Part shown: positions 10,657-20,989 of the stretch, in pieces
How positions within the stretch are numbered: position 1 is the first letter of the stretch
Layout: every line of letters begins with the position of its first letter
DNA from: Fibrobacteria bacterium
GTDB taxonomy: Bacteria; Fibrobacterota; Fibrobacteria; UBA11236
Reading direction: 5' to 3'
Assembly (NCBI GenBank): GCA_050486505.1
Contig: JBJHDK010000010.1
Location: 1 to 49,991 of the forward strand
Length of the DNA: 49,991 bases
Program-made: the position numbers and the translations under genes
Notes under the pieces: generated by a model
What the model saw: only the letters and a program-made list of their open reading frames with translations
What the model was told of the DNA's origin: nothing
Database searches by the model: none

Positions 10657-12966
10657 ATGAAACGGAAACTGATGGCAGCGTTCGTTCTGGCGGGAATCGC
10701 CGCGGTCGCGCAAGCGCAAGAGGATCTTTCGCAGTGGTCGCACTACCGGACGGTCACGGTGAACACCACCGCGGGCGGCGGCGGGGCGAATGTCGCCGGT
10801 TCCGTGACGAACTTTCCGCTGCTCGTCCGCCTGACGTCGGCCTCCGCCGCGAACGGCGCCGACGTGCTTGCCGGCGCGTTGCCGGGCGGCGCCGATCTTC
10901 GCTTCACCAGCGCGGACGGGTCGGTCAGGCTGGCTTACGAGATCGAACGCTGGTCCGCTTCCGCGGCCGAAATCTGGGTGCGTGTCCCTTCCGTGGCCGG
11001 CAATTCGAACACCTCGCTCCGCATGTACTGGGGGAAGACGGGAGTCGCGGACAGTTCGAACTCCGCTGCGGTCTTCGATACGGCTTCGGGGTTCAAGGGC
11101 GTATGGCACCTGGGAGAATCCGCCGGGCCTTCGAAGGATGCGACGATGCTCGCGACGGATGCCGCCTGGGTCAATTCTCCCGTCACCGCGAATGGCGTGA
11201 TCGGTCGCGCGATCCAGCTCAACAACTCATCGAACATCTCCACGGAAACGGCGCACTATTTGTCAGCGCCCTACAACCCGGCCAACCAGAACTTTCTGGC
11301 GACGCAGACCGGCGGCATCACGATCTCGGCATGGGTGAACCGGAGCAGCGATAACGGCTCCGCCGAACAGGGCATCGCGGGGCGCTACGAGTGGTCGGCG
11401 AACCAGCGCCAGGCCATTCTCTTCACGAGGCCCGACGGCATCGCAAGGCTGTTCCGTTCCACGAACGGGCAAGGTGGGAACAGCGAGCCGCAAATCGGAA
11501 CCGCCCCGCTTCCGATCGGAACCTGGGTGCACATGGTTGCCACGCTGAGGAACGGCGAGCAGATCCTGTACATCGACGGCGTGGTCAATGCGACCGGAAG
11601 TTCCGCGACGATGACGTCGCTGTCGCAGGAATGGCCCAGCACGGTCTTCGCCATCGGTCGGATGAACCCCGCCAACACGAACGAGGTGCACCAGTCGTTT
11701 CACGGGCTGGTCGATGAGGTTCGCTTTGCCACCACGACGCGTTCCGCCGACTGGGTCAAGCTGGAGTACGAGACCCAGAGGCCCGGCGGCACGGCGGTCG
11801 TTCTGGGTGCGACGCAGGCGAACCTCTCGCGACCCTTGCTCTATGCTGTCAGGAACGCGGTCTACGTGCAGAGCGCACCCATCTTCGTGAACACGCCGAC
11901 GGTGTCGGGCACGCTCTCGGGCGCGAATCCATTCTCGGTCCTGCCGGCGCTCCCGCAAGGCCTGAACCTGAACACTGCGACCGGGGCGATTTCGGGGACG
12001 CCGACGGCGCTTTCTGCGCAGCAATCCTACGTGGTCACGGTCGCGCTGACGGAAGGAACCGGTCGTGACACGCTGAATCTGAGCGTCACCGCGGGAGACC
12101 CTCCCGGCGCGCCCACCGGCGTTCAGGCGACATCCGGCAGCGCCTCGGCGACGGTGGGCTGGCTCGCGCCGCTGAATCCGGGAAGTTCCGCGATCACGGG
12201 TTACACCGTTCGCGCCGTGCAGGACACTTCGAAAACCTGCACTTGGACGACCGGACCGCTCTCCTGCACAGTGACGGGCTTGGCCAACGGAACGGCATAT
12301 ACCTTCACCGTCACGGCGACGAACAGCGTCGGCAGCGGTCCGGCGTCCGCGCCGTCCACGCCCGTGACCCCTGCCTCCCGACCCGGAGCCCCGACGAATG
12401 TCACCGCCATCCAGCTTTCGGGCGCGGGCGCCTCCGGAACGGCGACCGTTTCATGGACGGCTCCCGCGACGGATGGGGGGCTGGGGATCACCGGTACCTT
12501 CGCGTTCGGCAGTCCGAACGGGTCCTGTTTCGCTGCCGGGTCCGCGACCACATGCAACATGACCGGCCTAACGTACGGAACTGCCTACACCTTCCGCGCG
12601 GCGGCAACGAACTCCCTGGGCATCGGGGACACCTCGGCGGCTTCCGCGCCGCTCACGCCGACGGGAATCCTCGGCGGATCATTCACTTTCCGGGTCTCCG
12701 GCGCGGCCCACCCCTACACGTTCGTCCTCACGGACGCGGCGGCCGCGAGCACGGAGGCGTTCACCCTGTCGATCCAGGATATCTGGGGACGTACGGTGTG
12801 GTCAAGAACGGCCCACCCCGCTCAGGACAACGTTCGCGAAATCACGTGGAGCGGCCATAGCACCAGCGGTCGCACGGTTGCTGCTGGCATGTACGTGGTG
12901 CGCGTCACCACGCTTCAGGGCGGATCCCTGACGGATTACATCCAGAAATCAATCCGCTTGCGGTAA
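10657..12966 (+). CDS. Secreted multidomain protein: DUF2341, LamG/ConA-like, Ig-like (He_PIG), 2x fibronectin type III, FlgD/T9SS-like C-terminus
   Basis: AGGAG RBS, signal peptide; NFPLLVRL..GADLRFT..LAYEIERW..IWVRVP..MYWG; WVHMVAT..LYIDG..GLVDEVRF..RSADWVKLEY; LPQGLNLNTATGAISGTP; two PGAPT.V.A...W.AP...GL..GTAYTF repeats; IQDIWGRTVW..ITWSG..AGMYVVRV. Confidence 0.85.
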   Translation: MKRKLMAAFVLAGIAAVAQAQEDLSQWSHYRTVTVNTTAGGGGANVAGSVTNFPLLVRLTSASAANGADVLAGALPGGADLRFTSADGSVRLAYEIERWSASAAEIWVRVPSVAGNSNTSLRMYWGKTGVADSSNSAAVFDTASGFKGVWHLGESAGPSKDATMLATDAAWVNSPVTANGVIGRAIQLNNSSNISTETAHYLSAPYNPANQNFLATQTGGITISAWVNRSSDNGSAEQGIAGRYEWSANQRQAILFTRPDGIARLFRSTNGQGGNSEPQIGTAPLPIGTWVHMVATLRNGEQILYIDGVVNATGSSATMTSLSQEWPSTVFAIGRMNPANTNEVHQSFHGLVDEVRFATTTRSADWVKLEYETQRPGGTAVVLGATQANLSRPLLYAVRNAVYVQSAPIFVNTPTVSGTLSGANPFSVLPALPQGLNLNTATGAISGTPTALSAQQSYVVTVALTEGTGRDTLNLSVTAGDPPGAPTGVQATSGSASATVGWLAPLNPGSSAITGYTVRAVQDTSKTCTWTTGPLSCTVTGLANGTAYTFTVTATNSVGSGPASAPSTPVTPASRPGAPTNVTAIQLSGAGASGTATVSWTAPATDGGLGITGTFAFGSPNGSCFAAGSATTCNMTGLTYGTAYTFRAAATNSLGIGDTSAASAPLTPTGILGGSFTFRVSGAAHPYTFVLTDAAAASTEAFTLSIQDIWGRTVWSRTAHPAQDNVREITWSGHSTSGRTVAAGMYVVRVTTLQGGSLTDYIQKSIRLR

Positions 12967-13030
12967 AAAAGATGCGGCAACAAGGAGCCAGTGAATATTG
13001 CCATGGGTTTTACAGGATAAGGAGGCATCA

Positions 13031-15247
13031 ATGCTTCGTCACAGAATGACCACGGGACGGCGTGCGAGGGTTTCCCGGTCGAAGGCCGCGGCGGTTGTGA
13101 TTGCGCTCGGGTTTTCGCTCTCGGTTCAGGAGGGCATCGCCCGAACCACCCCGCTGGGAAATGCGACGTTGGGAACCTCGAACAACTCCGGAGGCGCCAA
13201 CGGCGTTCCCAGCGTGAGCGGTCCGGGCGTGCATCCCGGCTACACCATGGTTTCGTTCCGCAACGCGATCAACCAGAACTGGCGCTTCGGAGGCCTCGAC
13301 TGGCTTTCCGACGGCCGCATGGTCACCGTACTGTGGGGGCAGGACGTTTCCTACGTCACCGGACAGGGGCACCAGTCGGGCGGCTACTACGGCGACGTCG
13401 GGCTGCCTCCCAATGGCGGTGGCCCGGGCAGCATGCATTTCATCACGGGGACTTCCGGGACGGGGATTTCGTCCTCGAACGTTCAGGAGGCCTATACCGG
13501 ACTCTGGGAACCCTTGGGCATTCACGTCGCCCGCAGTGGAAACCCCTCCTCCGACACCATCTACGTGATCACGAAGACGGGGCTCTTGCGCTTCATCGGC
13601 ACGGGCCCCTACACGAACGGGGTGAACCCCGTCAAGGTGGTCAACACCTGCCATGCCCGCGAGTGCGGGGCCGACCTTGTCGAACCCGGCGTTTACCGCA
13701 GCTTCACCGCGCATCCGCCGGTCAACTACTCCAATGTCGAGCAAACCTTGGGAACCGGACGCCGGTGGCATCATTTCACCTCCGGCCTCGTGCGCGATGT
13801 CGACGGCTACTTCTACGTCGGAACCGGCACGCAGTTCGATAACTTCAATGACCGCTACGACCAGGGGCGAGACCGCTGCGCGGTTCTCCAGATCGATCCC
13901 GTGCAGGGAACCCAACGCGTTTTGGCGGGGGGGCTCCGTTCCCCGAACGGCTTCGTCATTGGGCCGGAGGATGAAATCTTCTTCTCGGACATCGAAGGGA
14001 ACTACAACTCCGTCAACAGCATCAACCACTTCCGCCCCGGGCGCTTCTTCGGCATGCGCTGCGACACCATGAACCCGCTCGGCCACACGGTGGGCATTCC
14101 CGAGTCGTTCCCTGCGGTGTCGTTGAACCAGGCGGGATCGGCCAACACCGACATCGCCAATAATCCCGCGGAACTGACGTACTTGCGTCAGGGACCCTAT
14201 GCAGGGCAGCTCCTGTATGGAGACGTGACCTTCGGCGGCATCCAGCGGGTGTTCCTCGAAAAGGTGAACCACGAATGGCAGGGAGCCGTCTTTTTGTTCT
14301 CGGGAGGATTCCGTGCCGGCATCGGGCGCCTGCGCGTGGGGCCCGACGGGGCGATTTACGCGGGCAGCCAATCGGGCGGTCCCAGTCCCGCGTCGGGAAA
14401 CTGGTGCTGGGGCGGGGCAGGCGGCGTGGGTGCGCTGAATGCCGACCGCGGCAACGGCGGGAACTGCAACTTCCAGTACGACTTCTTCAAGCTCGTGCCC
14501 AAGGATACCGTGGTCTTCGACCTGCTGGCCGTGCGCGCGCGCGTCAACGGTTTCGAGTTGCAGTTCACGAAAAAGGTGGGACCATCGGCCGGCATCGCCG
14601 CGAACTACACCCTGCAGACCTGGGTGAACAACATGGGGATCCGTACCTACGGCACGGGACGCCAGCAGCAAAGCGCCGGACTCACGGTGAGCAATGTGCG
14701 CATCCATCCCGATTCGACGCGCGTCTTCCTGGAGCTGTCTTCCATGCCCGCGGCTTCCGTGGCGGCGGGACCGCCCCCGGCCAGTCCGCCCACGGCCAAC
14801 CCCGGCAACGGCAATGTGCGCGTGGTGATGATCAAGGGGACGGGGATCCTGTCGGCCGACGGTTCCCCGCCTTGGGGAGAACCCGTGACGCCGGGCGCGG
14901 AGCCTTCGCGCATCGCGGCTTGGTACACGCTCAACCACCACTCCACCGATACGGCCTTCACGCCGATTCCCGTCGGCATCGTTCCTGCCGACCCGGCAGC
15001 CCCGGCCGCGCGCGCGCGGCACTTGCAGGTGCGCCGTGAGGGCGCGCACCTTGTGCTTGACATGAACTTCGCAGGGGCTGCGCAGGTGACCTTGCGCGAC
15101 GTGCGCGGTCGCGCCGTGGCGCGCGCCACCGCCGCGTCGGGTGCCACGCGCCTCCGGATGCCCGCGGCGGGGCTGCCCCCGGGGCGCTATGCACTCGAGG
15201 TGCGCACCGGCGGAGAAACCTTCTCGCGCCCCGTGGCGCTGTTTTGA
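13031..15247 (+). CDS. Secreted beta-propeller protein, paralogue of 7657-9468, with T9SS-type C-terminal domain
   Basis: GGAGG RBS; shares HPG(Y/F), GGLDWL.DG, EPLG, GLRSPNG, GPEDEIF, GQLLYGD..IQRVFLEKV..EWQGAVF.FSGG, FDLLAVR..FELQFT, AWYTLN with 7657; tail VTLRDVRGRAV..LPPGRYALEV. Confidence 0.75.
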   Translation: MLRHRMTTGRRARVSRSKAAAVVIALGFSLSVQEGIARTTPLGNATLGTSNNSGGANGVPSVSGPGVHPGYTMVSFRNAINQNWRFGGLDWLSDGRMVTVLWGQDVSYVTGQGHQSGGYYGDVGLPPNGGGPGSMHFITGTSGTGISSSNVQEAYTGLWEPLGIHVARSGNPSSDTIYVITKTGLLRFIGTGPYTNGVNPVKVVNTCHARECGADLVEPGVYRSFTAHPPVNYSNVEQTLGTGRRWHHFTSGLVRDVDGYFYVGTGTQFDNFNDRYDQGRDRCAVLQIDPVQGTQRVLAGGLRSPNGFVIGPEDEIFFSDIEGNYNSVNSINHFRPGRFFGMRCDTMNPLGHTVGIPESFPAVSLNQAGSANTDIANNPAELTYLRQGPYAGQLLYGDVTFGGIQRVFLEKVNHEWQGAVFLFSGGFRAGIGRLRVGPDGAIYAGSQSGGPSPASGNWCWGGAGGVGALNADRGNGGNCNFQYDFFKLVPKDTVVFDLLAVRARVNGFELQFTKKVGPSAGIAANYTLQTWVNNMGIRTYGTGRQQQSAGLTVSNVRIHPDSTRVFLELSSMPAASVAAGPPPASPPTANPGNGNVRVVMIKGTGILSADGSPPWGEPVTPGAEPSRIAAWYTLNHHSTDTAFTPIPVGIVPADPAAPAARARHLQVRREGAHLVLDMNFAGAAQVTLRDVRGRAVARATAASGATRLRMPAAGLPPGRYALEVRTGGETFSRPVALF

Positions 15248-15270
15248 ACCATCGAACGAACGGAAGAGAC

Positions 15271-16554
15271 ATGACAATCACCGGCACTACGAAACGAATG
15301 GCCCTGGTCCTGCTGGCGCTCGCGGCGCTGCCCTGGGCCCAGTCGGGACAATACCTGCCCACCAACATCAACAATACCGCCGCGGCGGTTCAGGCCTACC
15401 AGGTTCAGGGCGAGTACGTCGGCGTGACATCCGCCGGGGACACACTCGGTGCGCAGGTGGTGGCGCGCGGTAACAACTCCTACTTCCTCGTCCTGCTGCC
15501 GGGCGGGCTGCTTCCCATTCCCGGCCATTCCGGGACCGGTGCCTGGAACGGGGTCAATCGCTTCACCGGCACGGCGACCTGGAACGCAACCACGAATGCC
15601 TACGTCGTGAGCACCGCCTCGGGCTTTGCCACCTCGAGCATCACGGGGTCCGGGGAGGCCCGGGTATTGAACGGAACCACCAACACCGGGGCCACGTTCG
15701 CCCTTCAGCGCGTGGTGCGGAAAAGCCCCACGTTGGGGCTGAAGCCCAATCCCTCGTGGGGCGAGGCCGTTCAATGGTTCGACAGCGCGGCTGCCGCGGC
15801 AAACCCGTCGGCCGAGCTTTCGAAATGGGTCGCGCAGAACACCACGCCCCAGTTGCACGGGGGAGGGTACTTGTATCGCGGCGTGCGGACGGCGGCCACC
15901 CACGGCGGAGGATTCCTGCACATCGAGATCATGTCGCCCTTCCGTCCCACCGCCACGGGTCAGAACCGCGGCAACAGCGGCGTTTACCTGCATTCGAAGT
16001 ACGAAGTGCAAGTGCTGGACTCCTTCGGGCTGACGCCCCAAAACGATGAGGCGGGATCGATTTACGGCGTCAGCGCACCCCTTGTCAATGCGGCGCTTCC
16101 GCCCATGACATTCGCGACGTATGACATCTACTTCACCCCGCGATCCACCGGATCGAACGGAGCGCTGAACGGCGCGGCAGTGATGACCGTCTACATGAAC
16201 GGCGTTCTGGTGCAGGACTCCGTTCCGGTGCCCATCACCACCGAAGCAGGCCTCGGAGGCAGCCAGCTGAATCCCGCAGGGTTGTTTCTGCAGGACCATG
16301 GCAACAATGTCGTGTTCAACAACATCTGGTTCGTGTCGGCTCCTCCGGGCTTGACCCATGACCAATTGAAGCAGATCCTGCCGTACGAAACCGTTCTCGA
16401 GGAAGCCGGCGTGGTTTCATTGCGTTCGCTCGGCCAGCGTCCGCGCACGGAGCTTCGCGATGCCTCGGGTGCGGGTCGCTTCTTCGACCTGATGGGACGC
16501 CGCGTGCATCATCAGGGCGCCCCCCTCAAGGTCATTCCCGCCCCGGCGCAGTAA
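15271..16554 (+). CDS. Secreted DUF1080 (3-keto-disaccharide hydrolase/lyase family) protein
   Basis: Signal peptide; LHIE, GQNRGNSGVYL..YEVQVLDSFG, AGSIYG, YDIYF, TVYMNGVLVQ, LFLQDHGNNVVFNNIW; short tail FFDLMGRRV. Confidence 0.88.
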   Translation: MTITGTTKRMALVLLALAALPWAQSGQYLPTNINNTAAAVQAYQVQGEYVGVTSAGDTLGAQVVARGNNSYFLVLLPGGLLPIPGHSGTGAWNGVNRFTGTATWNATTNAYVVSTASGFATSSITGSGEARVLNGTTNTGATFALQRVVRKSPTLGLKPNPSWGEAVQWFDSAAAAANPSAELSKWVAQNTTPQLHGGGYLYRGVRTAATHGGGFLHIEIMSPFRPTATGQNRGNSGVYLHSKYEVQVLDSFGLTPQNDEAGSIYGVSAPLVNAALPPMTFATYDIYFTPRSTGSNGALNGAAVMTVYMNGVLVQDSVPVPITTEAGLGGSQLNPAGLFLQDHGNNVVFNNIWFVSAPPGLTHDQLKQILPYETVLEEAGVVSLRSLGQRPRTELRDASGAGRFFDLMGRRVHHQGAPLKVIPAPAQ

Positions 16555-16618
16555 CGCAAACCCATTCCGGATACCGGTGACCGGGATCCGGCCCCCACTT
16601 TTGGAAAGGATCGTCCAC

Positions 16619-17977
16619 ATGCGCAAGTTCTTCACCCGGTTGTTTGCCACCGCCTTCCTGGCCAGTCCGCTTCTTGTTTCGGCCCAGTCCGGGCCGACTC
16701 TGGAACCCATGCGGGCGTTCGTGCATTACGAATTGGGGCAGATCGAACAGGGCGTGGCCAAAGGAGGCCTCGAGGGCAAGGAGCTGATCAGCCGCGCCGC
16801 CGTCTGGACCTTGCACGAAGTCAGCCTCAGTGATGATGCCCGCTTCAGGTTCGGTTTGGGCGGGGTTTACTTCTTCGTGTCGCCGCGCAGTTTCGGAGAC
16901 AATCCCTTCACGCACAGCAAGCGGTCCGTGGTGGGCATCACGGAGGCGCACGGGGAATTCGACTTCTTGCGTCTCAGCCCTGAAGACCATTTGCTGCGCA
17001 TCAAGGCCGGCATTTTCGGGTACAAGTACAACCCCGACGCCAAGAATCTGGGGGAGTACATGTTCCGCACGTGGACGTACCCGACCATCATCACCACCGG
17101 GGGACTGGAGTTCATCAACAGTGCCGGCGCCCAGCTTTCGGGGATCGCAGCCAACACGCGAGTCAACGGTTTCGAGAACGACCTCATCCTCTCCGTGCAG
17201 TCCGATCGCCCCCCGATTTTCGGGTTGAGCCTGACCAACATCGCTTCCTATACCTTGGGGGGGGTTCTTACCGTGGGTGCGGGATTCATGATCGACAACT
17301 TTTACAACCCCGATGAAGAGCAGATCAGGCCGACGAGCGACTTGCGAAACGCCTATTACACTCTGGCGAATGGCAGAAAGCTTGCTGCATCAAGGCACGA
17401 GTACGAGCAGCAGAGTACGCTGGATCCTGATACGTCTTCCATCGTTGATACGTCGTATTATACCCTGGCCGGGCAGAAGGTGATGGCGCGCGCCGCGGTG
17501 GACATGGGTGTGTTGCTGGGCCACCCTGCCATCGCTCCAGGCCAATTCCGGGTGTACGGGGAACTCGCAGTGCTGGGACTGGAGAACTATCCGACGTATT
17601 ACAGGAAAAGGGGTGATCGCGTGGTGTACATGGGAGGGCTCAATATTCCGACCATGGGCCTGCTCGACATGCTCTCCGTGGAGTTGCAGTATTCTTCCAA
17701 CCCGTTTGAAAATTCCACCGCCGGTGCGCTTGAGCAAGGGAGCGCCACGCCTTACCTCTCCCCGGACGCATGGGCATCGTACAAGCGCGTGTACAAGGAC
17801 GACGTGAAGTGGAGCATCTACGCCGCGAAGACGATGTATCCCGGCTTCACGATTTACGGCCAGGTGGCCGACGATCACATGCGAATGCTCGACGAATTCA
17901 GCTCCCCGTACTACAAGGAGTTTCTGCCCGAGCGGAAGCACTGGTATTGGGCCTTCAAGCTGGCCTGGGCATTGTAA
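16619..17977 (+). CDS. Hypothetical exported protein, probable outer-membrane beta-barrel
   Basis: GGAAAGGA RBS, signal peptide; many amphipathic strands; aromatic-rich alternating C-terminus HWYWAFKLAWAL; lacks the sorting tail of the upstream genes. Confidence 0.65.
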   Translation: MRKFFTRLFATAFLASPLLVSAQSGPTLEPMRAFVHYELGQIEQGVAKGGLEGKELISRAAVWTLHEVSLSDDARFRFGLGGVYFFVSPRSFGDNPFTHSKRSVVGITEAHGEFDFLRLSPEDHLLRIKAGIFGYKYNPDAKNLGEYMFRTWTYPTIITTGGLEFINSAGAQLSGIAANTRVNGFENDLILSVQSDRPPIFGLSLTNIASYTLGGVLTVGAGFMIDNFYNPDEEQIRPTSDLRNAYYTLANGRKLAASRHEYEQQSTLDPDTSSIVDTSYYTLAGQKVMARAAVDMGVLLGHPAIAPGQFRVYGELAVLGLENYPTYYRKRGDRVVYMGGLNIPTMGLLDMLSVELQYSSNPFENSTAGALEQGSATPYLSPDAWASYKRVYKDDVKWSIYAAKTMYPGFTIYGQVADDHMRMLDEFSSPYYKEFLPERKHWYWAFKLAWAL

Positions 17978-18085
17978 ACGGGTCGGGCACAACGATCCGG
18001 GGTGTCCCGCCGGGTGCGGCGTCCTCTCCTGCCGCGCCCGCGGGCACCCGTCCTTTGGGGCGCTTCCAGGACCGGCGATCCTCGT

Positions 18086-18745
18086 CTAGAAGTATCCCTG
18101 CATGGCCAGCGCCAGGCTGAAGATGTCGGTCACGCCGATGCGATCGGTGCGGAAGTAGTACCACCACCATGCGTCGTGCGTGCCCAGCTCCGCAGTGAAG
18201 CCCACCGCGCGAAGGCGGGATTCCGGGGGAAGCGTGCGGGTCACGCTGGTGCCTGTGAACAGCACGACCCGCAAGGCGGTCGGCCAGTAATAATCCCAGT
18301 ACGGGTACTGCTCGGGCGAAATCAGGAAGTAGTTCTTGCCGAGCGTCACGTTGGCGGAGTACCCCGCCAGTACGGGGAAGAGGTGCGTGCCCTCGCCGAG
18401 ACGCAAGCGGGCAGGAGCCAGGGTCGTTTTCTGTCCCACGGTGTGAATGGGAACGCCGCCGATCGATGCGGGCACGTACCCGTAGGCCAGTTCGGGCTCG
18501 ACGCGGCCGCGCCAGAAGGAGTATCCCGCGCCGACCGAAAGCCAGCCGATGAACCCGGAGTATTGCAGGCGGAGATAATGCGGTGCGACGGCTTGCAGGG
18601 CTTGCTGCGCACCCCCCGCCGGTGCGGAGGTTTCCGGGGCTTCGGCGGCCGCCGGAACGCCCGGCAGCGCCGCGGGCGCCGGGGTAGGCGAGAGCGCGAG
18701 CACGCCAGCCATGACCGGCATTGCGATGCGGAGCCGCGCGCGCAT
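18086..18745 (-). CDS. Hypothetical exported protein, probable small outer-membrane beta-barrel
   Basis: Signal-like N-terminus; LQYSGFIGWLSVGAGYSF, ELAYGYVP; C-terminal SLALAMQGYF; TGATG overlap with upstream phosphoesterase. Confidence 0.7.
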   Translation of the reverse strand: MRARLRIAMPVMAGVLALSPTPAPAALPGVPAAAEAPETSAPAGGAQQALQAVAPHYLRLQYSGFIGWLSVGAGYSFWRGRVEPELAYGYVPASIGGVPIHTVGQKTTLAPARLRLGEGTHLFPVLAGYSANVTLGKNYFLISPEQYPYWDYYWPTALRVVLFTGTSVTRTLPPESRLRAVGFTAELGTHDAWWWYYFRTDRIGVTDIFSLALAMQGYF

Positions 18746-19563
18746 CAGTAATCGACCCTCTCGATGGTGAAGCCGCTGTCGGCGTGCACGGTGATGCGAG
18801 CATAGGTGCTGGTGCGGATATTGTCCACGACCACGCTGTAGAGGTCGGGATGGTACAGGAACCCTTCCTCCCAGCGGTGCAAATGCCCGTGGATCGACAG
18901 CTCGACGCCGTGATCCACCATCAGTTCGGTGAAGGTCGTACTTTGTGCGGAGTCGAGTTGCTCCATGTACGGTGCGACGTGGGTGAACATGAAGGTGCGC
19001 TTGCCGTCATCGCGCGAGCGCGCCAATTCGGTTTCGATCCACCCGAAGTCGGGAACGCAGCAACTGAACTCCCAGCCGTTGGTATTGGCCGTGATGAAGC
19101 GGACGTCCCCGTAGTCGAAGGTGAAGTCGAGCGGGCCGTAGCGCTTCCGGTAGATCTCGGCGCCGTTGGCGATGGCTTCGTGGTTTCCGATGACGGTGAT
19201 CCACGGAACGCGCAGTCGCTTCATCTCCCGGTCGAACCACTCGTATTCACGCTGCAGGCCGAACTGGATCATGTCGCCGGCCACCAGCACGAACTTCACG
19301 GCGGTATCGGCGTTGAGATGGGTGACGCCGCGCGCGAGGTCGGTGAGGCGTACCTGGATGTCGGCGATCACGGCGAAGGTGAAGGGTGCGGAGGGGTCGG
19401 CGGGCTGTTCCAGCTTGTGGAGGTTGTGCCACTTCGTGGAGTCAAGCCCCGGCCCGCCCTTTTGGACCATGTAGGGGCTGTGCTCGAAGACCTGGCAGGC
19501 GGAGAGTATTGCGAGCAGCAGGGTGCCGAGTCCGATGAACAAGCCCTTCCGGAACGGAGACAT
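18745..19563 (-). CDS. Calcineurin-like metallophosphoesterase, lipoprotein
   Basis: Lipobox LSAC; motifs ADIQ, AGD, GNHE, THV, HGHLH; ATG at 19563 (ORF track extends to 19704). Confidence 0.88.
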   Translation of the reverse strand: MSPFRKGLFIGLGTLLLAILSACQVFEHSPYMVQKGGPGLDSTKWHNLHKLEQPADPSAPFTFAVIADIQVRLTDLARGVTHLNADTAVKFVLVAGDMIQFGLQREYEWFDREMKRLRVPWITVIGNHEAIANGAEIYRKRYGPLDFTFDYGDVRFITANTNGWEFSCCVPDFGWIETELARSRDDGKRTFMFTHVAPYMEQLDSAQSTTFTELMVDHGVELSIHGHLHRWEEGFLYHPDLYSVVVDNIRTSTYARITVHADSGFTIERVDY

Positions 19564-19700
19564 CCTGCGCCCCGAAGAATGGACGGGGGGATTCTTGGCG
19601 GACGACTCCTTGCCTCGGGGATCGCGACGCGCCAAGAAATCCACGCGCAGGTCTTGCGCACGTGCATCTCCAGGTTTTTCGAGGTCGTCACTCATCACGC

Positions 19701-20988
<1,288 letters not shown>

Positions 20989-20989
20989 C

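Noticed and set aside
13028..15277. Long antisense ORFs (also 1288-2706, 7972-9465, 20906-22993, 44594-46474)
   Set aside because: Shadow frames of GC-rich genes on the opposite strand; no motifs
18011..18040. Hairpin after the secreted cluster as a terminator
   Set aside because: The GC stem has no U-tract; not supportable as an intrinsic terminator
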